This document shows, in pieces, positions 1 through 9,093 of a stretch of 64,000 nucleotides of DNA. How positions within the stretch are numbered: position 1 is the stretch's first letter; every line of letters starts with the position of its first letter. Origin of the DNA: Pelagomonas calceolata. Taxonomy: Eukaryota. A program made the position numbers and the translations under genes. The stretch is taken from positions 1,116,001-1,180,000 of the forward strand of contig CAKKNE010000005.1 of the NCBI GenBank assembly GCA_918797485.1, written 5' to 3'. The notes below the pieces were generated by a model that worked only from the letters and a program-made list of their open reading frames with translations, made no database searches and was not told the DNA's origin.

Positions 1-250
1 GGCGCAAAGCTTTGGGCTAGTGTCTTACTACGCTAGTTACGCTGTTTTGCGCGCGCGCTTTTTCCCGGGGCCTCCTGAGCTCGCGGGTTTCTACGTCGAC
101 AGCCTTTGCGCGCTTTTTGAGATCGTCTGTTCCTAGCTCTGGGGAATAGGCACAGCTGACAGCGCTGCTGACAATCTGCTGACTGCTGACAGGGACAGGC
201 TGCATAGCAGCGGTCAAAAAACAATCTACCTCTGATCCGCAGTGGTCATT

Positions 251-985
251 ATGGATCCAGAGCCCAACTGGTCTCCTATCTTCCGCGCTGTTATGGACCT
301 TGATGTTCAAGCTCTGCGGCGCGAGCTCGCGTCTGGCGTCGACGTTAATCTGATGGAGGACAAAACCACGCCGCTCTATATGGCTGTGATTTTTGGTAGT
401 TCATACGCTGAGGAAAAGTTACAGGAGCGACTCGAGTGCATCTCAATGCTCTTGGAGGCTGGCGCTTCAATATCTAATATTGGCCGGGGAGCAACTGCAT
501 TACATCATGCTGCGAGCAATGAGTCCCCGGCATTCCATCCCGTCATCAAGCTACTCATGGAATCGGGCGCCGATGTTAATGCAGTTGATTCTTTGGGCGA
601 TTCCGTGTTAGCTGCGGCAGCAGAAAGTGGTACGACCGGCGCTGTCAGGATGCTCATCTCGGCGGGCGCCGTGGGTCTCGACCGAGCCCTGGACCTAGCG
701 ATTACGAATGGCAAAATACGCAATTGCGCTCAGCTCCTGCGCGCCGGCGCCGCACTACCGGCCGTAATAACCGCGCCCGCGCCGCCGCCGTATTCGCAAA
801 GGCGCGGTTTCCCGCAAATGTGCGCTTACATAGGGAACATCCGCGCGGCGGGAAATTACAAAGCCTACGAGAAGGCGCATCGTCAGCGCCTCGTGGCAAT
901 ATTCCTCCCGAAACTGCCTCATCTCCCGGCCGACGTGCTCGGGCGCGTCGTCGAAATTTTATGGGATATTGGGGGTCACGAATAA
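251..985 (+). CDS. Ankyrin-repeat protein
   Basis: Ankyrin motifs TPLYMAV, TALHHAA, GADVNAVDSLGDSVLAAAA; first ATG at 251. Confidence 0.9.
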   Translation: MDPEPNWSPIFRAVMDLDVQALRRELASGVDVNLMEDKTTPLYMAVIFGSSYAEEKLQERLECISMLLEAGASISNIGRGATALHHAASNESPAFHPVIKLLMESGADVNAVDSLGDSVLAAAAESGTTGAVRMLISAGAVGLDRALDLAITNGKIRNCAQLLRAGAALPAVITAPAPPPYSQRRGFPQMCAYIGNIRAAGNYKAYEKAHRQRLVAIFLPKLPHLPADVLGRVVEILWDIGGHE

Positions 986-1022
986 TGTGCACTGTTAATA
1001 GCTATTAAGGTTACACATAGAT

Positions 1023-2978
1023 CTAACACCCGTACGCCGCGACGAGCGCCTCCTTCGCCTCGGACACCTCGCGCATCTTCCGCTCGGCTCTTAACCGATC
1101 GCCCCGAGCTTTGTCCGGGTGCCACAGCCGCGCCAGTTTTTTATGTTGCTTCTTGAGCCACTTGCATTTGGATTCTTTCCGCAAATCCAGGACGTTGGCC
1201 GGCAGGTCTAGAACACGGGCATGATCTCTACGTTTCTCCCACTGGTCCTCGAGCCGCCGGCAGTCCATCAGCCGCCTTCTTAGATCGAAAGCGTCGCCCG
1301 CGTCGTCGGTCCACTGCAGTCGTTCTGCCTCAGCCCTTTCCCCACCGGCCGCCTCGACGGCGGCGCGCCAGTCGCGCACCGCGTCGTCGTAGGCGTCGTC
1401 CCGCTCGAGAGCCGCCGCTCGAGCCGCGTAGGCTTCGACACCCTCGTCCTGTTGGACCGCAGCGTCGCAGGCCGGCTTCGCCAGCTCATGGCGTCTCACG
1501 CGACTAAACGCGTGGCAGCTCCGCAGATAAAGCGTCGCCCGATACGCCTCCAAGCGACTCCCTTCGAACTCCTCGCCCAGCGCGTCCAGGGCGCCGTAGG
1601 CCTCGTCCAACAAGTCGACCGTCTTGAGGGCCATCCCCTTTTTCAGTTGCTTATCAATAGATTCGACCCTCCTCTTGAGTTCCTTGAGCCCGTCGTACTG
1701 CGTCCTTAAAGGTTTGGAATCGGGGTCGTGCCTGAGACCAGCTTGGACAAACCTAGTCGCCTTGTCGAGGCGACCCCTTTCCAGTGCTGCTGCTGCCCCA
1801 ATGGTCAGCGCGAGCGTCTTCGGCTCGCCCGTCACGAAGGGCGTCCGCATCAGTTTCGGATTATGTTTTTCTAACGCTTGTAAGGCAGCTCCTGCGACCT
1901 GTTCGGCGCCGCCCGCGTCGCCTAGCACCAAACGGGCTCGCGCGAGCCAGACGGCCCACTTGAGCGGGCGGCCACTCCTTACGAGACGAGCCAACGCCTC
2001 CGCGGCGCTGCTCCAATCCCCTTTGGCATTGTCGTTGTCTTCGGCGAGGGCTTTACGTAGAGAATCGACGGCCGTGGACGCCGCCGCCGCCGCGTCCAGA
2101 GCTCTTTGAGCCGTGCTCTCGACGGCCTCCTTGTTCTCGGGCCCGGAGGCAGCCGCACAGCGCGCGATGTGCGCCAACGCCTCCTCGGCGTCGCCGCCAC
2201 TATCCAAAGACTGAAGAGCCGCGTCGAACTCGCTCTTCGCATCACCTGTAAACTTGTGCCCGCCCCGGAACAGATCGGCGACCGAACACGAGCGCGACGC
2301 CACGCAGCTCCGCGCGTTGCTCGCGAAGGCGTCCCCGGGCTTCGCCGTGTGCTCTTCACTATCCAACAAGGCCCGTAGACCGGCCTCGGCGGCCTTCCGT
2401 CTTTGTGCAGCGGCGTCGCGCGACGCCTTTTCCCGCGCTAAACGAGCATCATAAATAGCCCGTTCCTGGGCCTCCTTGGCCAGCTGTTCCTGGAGCTGCC
2501 GGTCCTCCTGCATACATGTCGAAACTTCCCTCATGTACTGCTCTTCTACTGATCGTTCAATACCTTTGCGCCGGGCGGCTCTTAAATAGTCGGCCGCGGC
2601 GCTTCTCGGTCGGTCCTCCCTTGCCTCTTCGGCACGTTTGACATGTTTTCCTGCCGTTTTTAGTTTAGTGGCGTTCGATCCCGCGAGCGCGTGTACTCGA
2701 TCGTCGGGCACCGGTGTGTCGGATGACGCCTCTTCGAGCACGTCGGCGATTTTCCGTGCAAAGCCGGCGTCGGGCCTTTTGGCGATATCCCAGACGTAGC
2801 GCAACGCCGCGGCCACGGCGTCCTCATCCAAATGAATCGCGACGTCGACCGTGTCCTTGTCGTTGAATTTGAGCGGCACGCTGATCCACTCGTTCGTTCG
2901 GACGTCGCCGTCCGGGCCGACGTCCGCTATTTCTGCCGCGGCGACGGCGAACGCCAGCGTAGCGAGGAGCCGATGCAT
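1023..2978 (-). CDS. Signal peptide + TPR + C-terminal J-domain co-chaperone (DNAJC3/P58IPK-like)
   Basis: Hydrophobic N-terminus, TPR-like helices, J-domain KLARLWHPDK...MREVSEAKEAL. Confidence 0.85.
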   Translation of the reverse strand: MHRLLATLAFAVAAAEIADVGPDGDVRTNEWISVPLKFNDKDTVDVAIHLDEDAVAAALRYVWDIAKRPDAGFARKIADVLEEASSDTPVPDDRVHALAGSNATKLKTAGKHVKRAEEAREDRPRSAAADYLRAARRKGIERSVEEQYMREVSTCMQEDRQLQEQLAKEAQERAIYDARLAREKASRDAAAQRRKAAEAGLRALLDSEEHTAKPGDAFASNARSCVASRSCSVADLFRGGHKFTGDAKSEFDAALQSLDSGGDAEEALAHIARCAAASGPENKEAVESTAQRALDAAAAASTAVDSLRKALAEDNDNAKGDWSSAAEALARLVRSGRPLKWAVWLARARLVLGDAGGAEQVAGAALQALEKHNPKLMRTPFVTGEPKTLALTIGAAAALERGRLDKATRFVQAGLRHDPDSKPLRTQYDGLKELKRRVESIDKQLKKGMALKTVDLLDEAYGALDALGEEFEGSRLEAYRATLYLRSCHAFSRVRRHELAKPACDAAVQQDEGVEAYAARAAALERDDAYDDAVRDWRAAVEAAGGERAEAERLQWTDDAGDAFDLRRRLMDCRRLEDQWEKRRDHARVLDLPANVLDLRKESKCKWLKKQHKKLARLWHPDKARGDRLRAERKMREVSEAKEALVAAYGC

Positions 2979-3128
2979 GGGCTTGCTGCAGTAAGTCGCA
3001 CGCTTGCAAGGAAGCTATGCCGCAGCGACTGGCGCAGCAACGGGCTGTCGCCAGGCTGCAAATCCAATGCAACTGGGCTGTTTGTGGGCGTCGCAGCGCG
3101 TGTAAAAATGGGGTCAAAAATTAATCAG

Positions 3129-3150
3129 CTAGCGGTCAGTAAGACACTAG
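3129..3150 (+). promoter_or_regulatory. CTAG-GTAAGACA-CTAG upstream motif (representative copy in a divergent gap)
   Basis: CTAGCGGTCAGTAAGACACTAG; one of 15 copies. Confidence 0.7.
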
Positions 3151-3328
3151 CAAGAATTGTGGGGCAGCCTCTCCGCGCGTAGGTAGCCGCATAGCTCGCG
3201 ACGCGCTGGCAACAAGGCCTCCTTGGCTTCCTGAACCCCCGTCGGTGCGAAATCCTGAGCTGTAGCCTCGGAAATTGATGCTGCCACTGTGTACCATAAG
3301 CTGCTGCCCTAAACGCCATCGACGCGCC

Positions 3329-3814
3329 ATGCCCAAAATACTCTACGTCTGCACGAGCAACACCTGCCGAAGTCCAGCCGCCGCGACGATCGCGCGCGCG
3401 CACCTTGAGACAATCGGGCGGACGGATGTCGAGATAACGAGCCGCGGCCTCACCGACCGCTATTCCGCGTGGGGCTCGGGCCCGGACCCGCGCGCCGAGA
3501 AAGCTTTACAAAGGGCCACGGGCCTGTCGAGCGCGGGCCACGCGTCCTCGAAATTAACGGCGACAGAAGTAGACGAGTGCGACGCGCTCTTCTACTTCAT
3601 GCGCGAGCACGTCGACTGGATCGCGGGCTGCGTCGGCGAGGCGCCGGTGCGGCGCGCCCTCGAGAGCGGCCGGTTGTGCATCGTGCACCCGCCGGACGGC
3701 ATTCCCGACCCGTTCTTCGCCGACGACGCGTTCTACGGCGAGGTCATGACGATGCTCGAGACGCACGTCGCGCGGTCGTTGGACGAGGTACTTGATAAGT
3801 TTACAACACGTTAA
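3329..3814 (+). CDS. Low-molecular-weight protein tyrosine phosphatase family
   Basis: P-loop ILYVCTSNTCRSP (CX5R) and IPDPF motif; ATG at 3329. Confidence 0.9.
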   Translation: MPKILYVCTSNTCRSPAAATIARAHLETIGRTDVEITSRGLTDRYSAWGSGPDPRAEKALQRATGLSSAGHASSKLTATEVDECDALFYFMREHVDWIAGCVGEAPVRRALESGRLCIVHPPDGIPDPFFADDAFYGEVMTMLETHVARSLDEVLDKFTTR

Positions 3815-3847
3815 ATAAAGCGTCGGCGGCGTGCGCCACGCGTCAGT

Positions 3848-4753
3848 TCAAGGCGCTGGCGGCGCGGGCTCGCTCGCCGGCGCGGCCGACTCGCCAGCCC
3901 CGAACATCTCCCCGAAGTAGTCGGGGTACTTCTCGACGCAAGCTTTCAGAGCCAGCGTCGGCTCTGCACAGGCCACCGCGAAGTCCGCCTCTTTCTTCTC
4001 TTTGTCCTGTTCGCCATTCTTCGCTTCCACGTCGTCGAGACACGCCTCCCACACTTTAAAGACGGCCGCACACGGCGAGTCCTCCATGAACTGACAGAGG
4101 GGGCATTTTAACGAAGGCTCCACGAGACAAGTCTCGTCCCTCCAAAAGTCCGCGCGGCAGACCGTGCCACTTAACGGCGCTTCATTGGTAGGTGGCCACG
4201 GGTCGCCCGAGGACCCCTCCACGGCTTTCTTCGGTTCCGCATGATTGAATGCCGCCTCACCGATCTTCAGCACCGCCGTCGTTGAACCACTGGCCTTCAC
4301 CTCCGTCCCGTCGCACAGACAAGCCCCTCTCAGGGCACCGTCGCTGTCGGCGCCGACGACTCGAACCGTCGCCCTTTCGCCGTAGAGCGAGCCGTACATC
4401 TCCGGTCGTTTTTCTAGCCCTTCATCTAGCACAAACAAAGCCGTCGTGCTGTCCTTGTCGGGCCATTTCTCCGCGAGCCGTTTCCGCGACGCGTCGTCCA
4501 AGAAGACGCCGACCCGCGGCGCGGTGTCCGGCGTCGGTTTCGGTTTTTCTGGTGGCGGCGTCGCTGTCGTCTGTGGTGGCGTCGCCGTCGTCTGGCGCCG
4601 CTGGAGTTGCGCCGCTGGAGCCGCCACGGAGTTGCGCCGCTGCAGCGAGGATGTCTTGCGCTGGCGCGGCGCCTCGGTGCTCTGCTCGGCTGCTGCGTAC
4701 GGTATAGTAGCAGCGAGCGCTGCGCCGCCGCGCGCGGCGAGGGTTCGCAGCAT
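3848..4753 (-). CDS. GCK-domain (twin CX9C-like) protein, probably mitochondrial
   Basis: CPLCQFMEDSPCAAVFKVWEAC...CAEPTLALKACVEKYPDYF; presequence-like N-terminus. Confidence 0.7.
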   Translation of the reverse strand: MLRTLAARGGAALAATIPYAAAEQSTEAPRQRKTSSLQRRNSVAAPAAQLQRRQTTATPPQTTATPPPEKPKPTPDTAPRVGVFLDDASRKRLAEKWPDKDSTTALFVLDEGLEKRPEMYGSLYGERATVRVVGADSDGALRGACLCDGTEVKASGSTTAVLKIGEAAFNHAEPKKAVEGSSGDPWPPTNEAPLSGTVCRADFWRDETCLVEPSLKCPLCQFMEDSPCAAVFKVWEACLDDVEAKNGEQDKEKKEADFAVACAEPTLALKACVEKYPDYFGEMFGAGESAAPASEPAPPAP

Positions 4754-5164
4754 GGTCTATTGCACTCGCTGTGCTGCTCGGTGGTGAACAGCCGCAGTTG
4801 CGCTGCGATGCGCTGCACAGCGATCACAGCGATCAAAAGCAATGCTTTCGCGTCCCAAAACAAGGCAGCGTCCACAGCTACGGGCTTGCGCCGCGAATGA
4901 GTGCTTCGCTAGTATCTTACAGGACTCTAGCTGAAAAAATATAACTTGGCTTTGCCGCAGCAACAGGCGCCTGCGCTCGCGCCCTGAGGGCCCGTGAAAG
5001 CCTGACTGTGCTGCCAGCGACCACTGCTAAGCACAGCAGCCAGCCCGACGTCGCCGACGCGGCCGAGCCACTACAGGTCGCCAGGCGCTGCATTGCCGCG
5101 CGGCAGGTCGAGACGCTGTACGCGCGCACGCCGTCGACGCAGCGCAGCACCCAGCGGCTAAAAC

Positions 5165-6940
5165 ATGGCCGCCGCCGTCCGCCCCATGCCGCAGCGCGCC
5201 CAGTCGGGCCCCACGGCCGTGCTCTTCGAGGACGACCCCGTGCGGCGCTACGAGCGCGACGCGCCGGCGCCGGCGCGGTCCCCCAACAGAAGACCGCCGC
5301 CCGTGCGCACCGGAAGCTGTGTGGGAGATGCGCCTTCTCCTAGAGAGAGCATGGGCGCGCGGCGACGGCGACGGTCGCAGGAGCCCCGACCTCGAAGTAG
5401 ATCCCGGTCCGGTTCCGTCACGTCGCGCTCCGGCGCGCGCTCGTTAAGCCCCCAACGGACCCAACTTTCCCAGAGGAGACGATCTTCCTCAAATGGGGAC
5501 CTCAATACGACAAAAGACGACATTGAATTACCAGCGATTGATTTTCAACCACCTACCTTACAAACGTCGTCGTGGCGCGACCTGCTGGCCTTCGCCTGGT
5601 CCGAGGCTTTAGGTGATCGCCACGCCTTTGGGTTAGATGAAAATGTGACTTCGGAAATCGACAACTTCCTGCTGGTCCCGGCGCGGTTCGAGCGGTTCCT
5701 CTGGTTCGGGCTGCTGGCTTGCCTAGATACGTTTTTATATGCGGTGACCTTCCTACCGATACGTGCTTTTGTAGCATTGTACTCTCTACTGGCTTTGGCT
5801 TTACGGATAAGACCACAGGAACCGCGCTCCCCGGGAAGCCCGCGCAACTTAAGGCCGCCGGCCTTCTCGCGGGCGCAAGCTTATGATTTGGCGCGATGCG
5901 TCGTCGTAGCGGCAGGTGTTGGAGTGTTACGAAGGGTACCACTATCCAGAGCTTATCATTGGATCCGGGGCCAGAATACGATAAAGCTATACGTTATCAT
6001 AGGCATCATGGAGGTTTTTGATAGGTTGCTGTGTGCCTTCGCCCAGGACGCGTTAGATAGCTTCTACCTGTCGACGCGAGGTGCGCTCGAGACGATACAA
6101 AATACGAGGAAGTCGGCCGTGTTTCTGTCACTCGTGACGGTGGTGACCGTGGCCCACGCTCTGTTGTTATTTGTACATTTAACCACATTAAATGTGGTGG
6201 TCAACGCCAACGAAGCAACGGCACTCTTTGCGTTACTCGTGTCAAATAACTTCAGCGAGATAAAGTCGACAGTGTTCAAGAGGTTTACGCCCTTGACTTT
6301 ATTTGACATCACGGCGGCCGACGTCTGTGAAAGGTTCAAACTTGTTTTGTTCTTGGCTCTGCTGTACTTGCTGGGCTGGGCGCAAGTCGCTGGAGATGCG
6401 ACAGAGAGTCGAGCCAGTCTAGAGGTGGTCCGCTTCCAAAGTCTCAGTGTCTTGGGCTTCGAGGTCGTGGCGGACTGGCTCAAGCATGCGTTTGTTGCCA
6501 AATTTAATAGAGTAGACGCGTCTGCTTATGATGCTTACGCTGAGAGAGTAGCTCGAGATGTCGTTACCGGTCGACGGGGCGGCGACGCTGGTTTTGCTTT
6601 AGATCATACGCAGGCCGTTACGAGACGACTATCCTTTCCTTTATTACCGCTGGCGTGCGTCGCCGTGCGGTACGCCGCGTTGAGTCTTGGTTGGTTACGA
6701 TTGAGTTTGGAGCTATCACCGTATGCGGTGGCGGCTTTGGCTTCCCTGGGCTTCCTGCTATTAGTGCAGCTCAAGCTGCTCACCTCCATATGTCTGGCGG
6801 GCGTCGCGGTCGGGCTCTGCCCCGACGAGGCGGCGACGCCGGCGCCGTTGAAGTCGCCGCGGCGCGAGGCGCGGTCGTTCCACGACCTGCCCGCGCTGCG
6901 GAAGACCGGGTCCCAGACCCTGGCGCGGGCTAGTGTATAG
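5165..6940 (+). CDS. TAPT1: TAPT1/Emp65 (DUF747) ER membrane protein
   Basis: CLDTFLYAVTFLPIR, YHWIRGQNTIKLYVI, LLVSNNFSEIKSTVFKRF, DWLKHAFVAKFN. Confidence 0.92.
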   Translation: MAAAVRPMPQRAQSGPTAVLFEDDPVRRYERDAPAPARSPNRRPPPVRTGSCVGDAPSPRESMGARRRRRSQEPRPRSRSRSGSVTSRSGARSLSPQRTQLSQRRRSSSNGDLNTTKDDIELPAIDFQPPTLQTSSWRDLLAFAWSEALGDRHAFGLDENVTSEIDNFLLVPARFERFLWFGLLACLDTFLYAVTFLPIRAFVALYSLLALALRIRPQEPRSPGSPRNLRPPAFSRAQAYDLARCVVVAAGVGVLRRVPLSRAYHWIRGQNTIKLYVIIGIMEVFDRLLCAFAQDALDSFYLSTRGALETIQNTRKSAVFLSLVTVVTVAHALLLFVHLTTLNVVVNANEATALFALLVSNNFSEIKSTVFKRFTPLTLFDITAADVCERFKLVLFLALLYLLGWAQVAGDATESRASLEVVRFQSLSVLGFEVVADWLKHAFVAKFNRVDASAYDAYAERVARDVVTGRRGGDAGFALDHTQAVTRRLSFPLLPLACVAVRYAALSLGWLRLSLELSPYAVAALASLGFLLLVQLKLLTSICLAGVAVGLCPDEAATPAPLKSPRREARSFHDLPALRKTGSQTLARASV

Positions 6941-7601
6941 AGAAATCTTTGTGTTTGCTTCTGTTGCTTCTAGCCTGTTGCTCTAGCCTGTTGCAGTGTT
7001 GCTTTCCGGGGGCGTCACGGTGAGAAGCTGCGAGTGGACCCGCGACCGCGCGTGTCTATCTAGATGTAGTTTTTTCGTGTCGCGTCGACTGGCGTAGTGC
7101 CAAACGGCGTCTGTTCTGCCCGGCCTGCATCGGCTAGAGCCATCGGCACGATGACTCCAGTGGCCCGCGCGGCCGCGGAAGGCCGCGGACTAGCAGGCGG
7201 GTACGCGCCCGCGCAACGCCCACCGCCCTACCGAGCCCTGGCGCACGCCTTGAGCTACGCCTCGGGAGCGTTGGCGCGATTCGCCTCGGCACCGTCCGCT
7301 CCTAAAATAACTACGAGGCGTCGCAAATACTACCTGTAAGCCCGTTCTAAAACGAGCAGGCGAAGGCCCGGAGGATCACTCGGCAGCCCAGCATCGGCGC
7401 TACAGCTTCGGTAGCTTCCCTGCTGCCCGCCGTCGCCGTGCAAGCAGCTTTTCGGCTGCACACCAAAAACTGCCAAAATCCGAGGGCGCGACGCGGCCCG
7501 AGGCTTCGAAAAGCCGTCGACAGGACTGCTATAAGTCTCTGAACTTCGCTGCACGCCGTCGCCGACGCGCGGACGCGATCCAAGGAAAAGCAGAGACGGC
7601 G

Positions 7602-9059
7602 ATGCAGAACGCCGCCTACCCGCCGCAGTATAATGCGGGGGCCCAGCCCGTGCCCATGCCTGAACAGGTGGGCTACTACGCCGCGCCGGCGATGCTCGGC
7701 GGCCCCGTGCCCGGGAGACCGTCCTACGTCCTGCCACAAGCACCTTCCGTAGGAAGCTGGCCCCTGCCACCTGCTACAACCCAAATGGTCCCCGGCATGG
7801 CGCCGCCGCCCGCTCCAGCAAACGAAGAGCCGACGAAGGTCGTGCGAGCGAAGGGCGTGGCACGAGCGCGCTGGAACCGCGACGAGGAGGAACGGCTCAA
7901 AAAACTCGTCGGGGAGCACGGCGCGAAGCGCTCCTGGCAGAAGATCTCCGAGAAGCTCGGGAGCGGCCGCACGGCGTCGGGCGTCGAGCAGCACTGGCAG
8001 GTCATGACGGGCCAGCGGCAGCGGAACGGCGCTACGGTTCCCAAGGAGAACCAGGCGCAGCATCCCAACGCTCTACTTGCTGTAGGACAGAAAGATGGTC
8101 AGCAGACCGAAAGAAGGACCTCTGCGAGGTGGACGCAGGACGAAGAAAACAGGTTGCGAGAAGCTGTTTCTGAATTGGGCAAGGGCAAGTGGACCCTGGT
8201 CGCTGACAGATTGGGCACTGGAAGGTCACCGTCGGCCGTGGAGCAGCACTGGCAGATCGTGACTGGCCAAAGAAAGTCGAAGGGAAGGCACGCTGCCGCT
8301 CATCTACAGCATCGCGCGCGGACGATGGGCGCGTCGGCGCCGGGCGCGCAAGCATTTGTCTTGGCGGGTGGCTCCGTGACACCACACTTACCGGGTCTAG
8401 CGCCACCGGGCGAGCAGCCGAGAGAAAAAGGTGGCGCTCGGTGGACGCCCGACGAAGAGCACGAGCTCAAACGACTCATCGAGGAGGTGGGTGCGAAGGG
8501 CCAGTGGAGGGTGATTGCTGATAGACTACGAAGCGGTAGATCTCCAGGAGCGGTAGAACAACATTGGCAGATCATGACCGGGGGCCGGAAAGGGAGTAGT
8601 GCGACGCGGCTCGCCCAGCAACGACTTGAGGTCGACGACGGCGACGGCGACTTGAAGCGGTCTCGGGCGACGAAGACGCGCGCGGTCGCTCATAGGTGGA
8701 CTCCTCAAGAAGAAGCGCAATTATCAGCTTTAGTGGAAGAATTGGGTCCTCGCGGCAAGTGGGGCCAGATCGCCGAGAAGTTGGCTTCCGGTCGCACGTC
8801 GTCCGGCGTCGAGCAGCACTGGAAGATCATGCACGGCGCGCACCACGGCGCCAAGAAGGCGCGCCTCGCGCCGGCGGCGCCGCCGACCTTGGTCGCCGCG
8901 GCGGCGCCTCCACCTAGTATGCTGGGCCAGGCGCGGCCCATTTCGCACGGCCAGGTGCCGGGCCAGTGGGTGCCGGGCCTGCCGGGCCAGCCGTACCAGT
9001 ACCAGGTGGTGACGGACGCGGACGGGCGGCCCGTCCAGGCCTCGGGGCAGATGATGTAA
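7602..9059 (+). CDS. Myb/SANT protein with four repeats
   Basis: Four RWT/NxxEExxL...W..IA..L.SGR....VEQHW repeats, Pro/Gln-rich termini. Confidence 0.88.
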   Translation: MQNAAYPPQYNAGAQPVPMPEQVGYYAAPAMLGGPVPGRPSYVLPQAPSVGSWPLPPATTQMVPGMAPPPAPANEEPTKVVRAKGVARARWNRDEEERLKKLVGEHGAKRSWQKISEKLGSGRTASGVEQHWQVMTGQRQRNGATVPKENQAQHPNALLAVGQKDGQQTERRTSARWTQDEENRLREAVSELGKGKWTLVADRLGTGRSPSAVEQHWQIVTGQRKSKGRHAAAHLQHRARTMGASAPGAQAFVLAGGSVTPHLPGLAPPGEQPREKGGARWTPDEEHELKRLIEEVGAKGQWRVIADRLRSGRSPGAVEQHWQIMTGGRKGSSATRLAQQRLEVDDGDGDLKRSRATKTRAVAHRWTPQEEAQLSALVEELGPRGKWGQIAEKLASGRTSSGVEQHWKIMHGAHHGAKKARLAPAAPPTLVAAAAPPPSMLGQARPISHGQVPGQWVPGLPGQPYQYQVVTDADGRPVQASGQMM

Positions 9060-9093
9060 GGGATTTCTTGACTCAAATTTACTCGTCGTTCGT

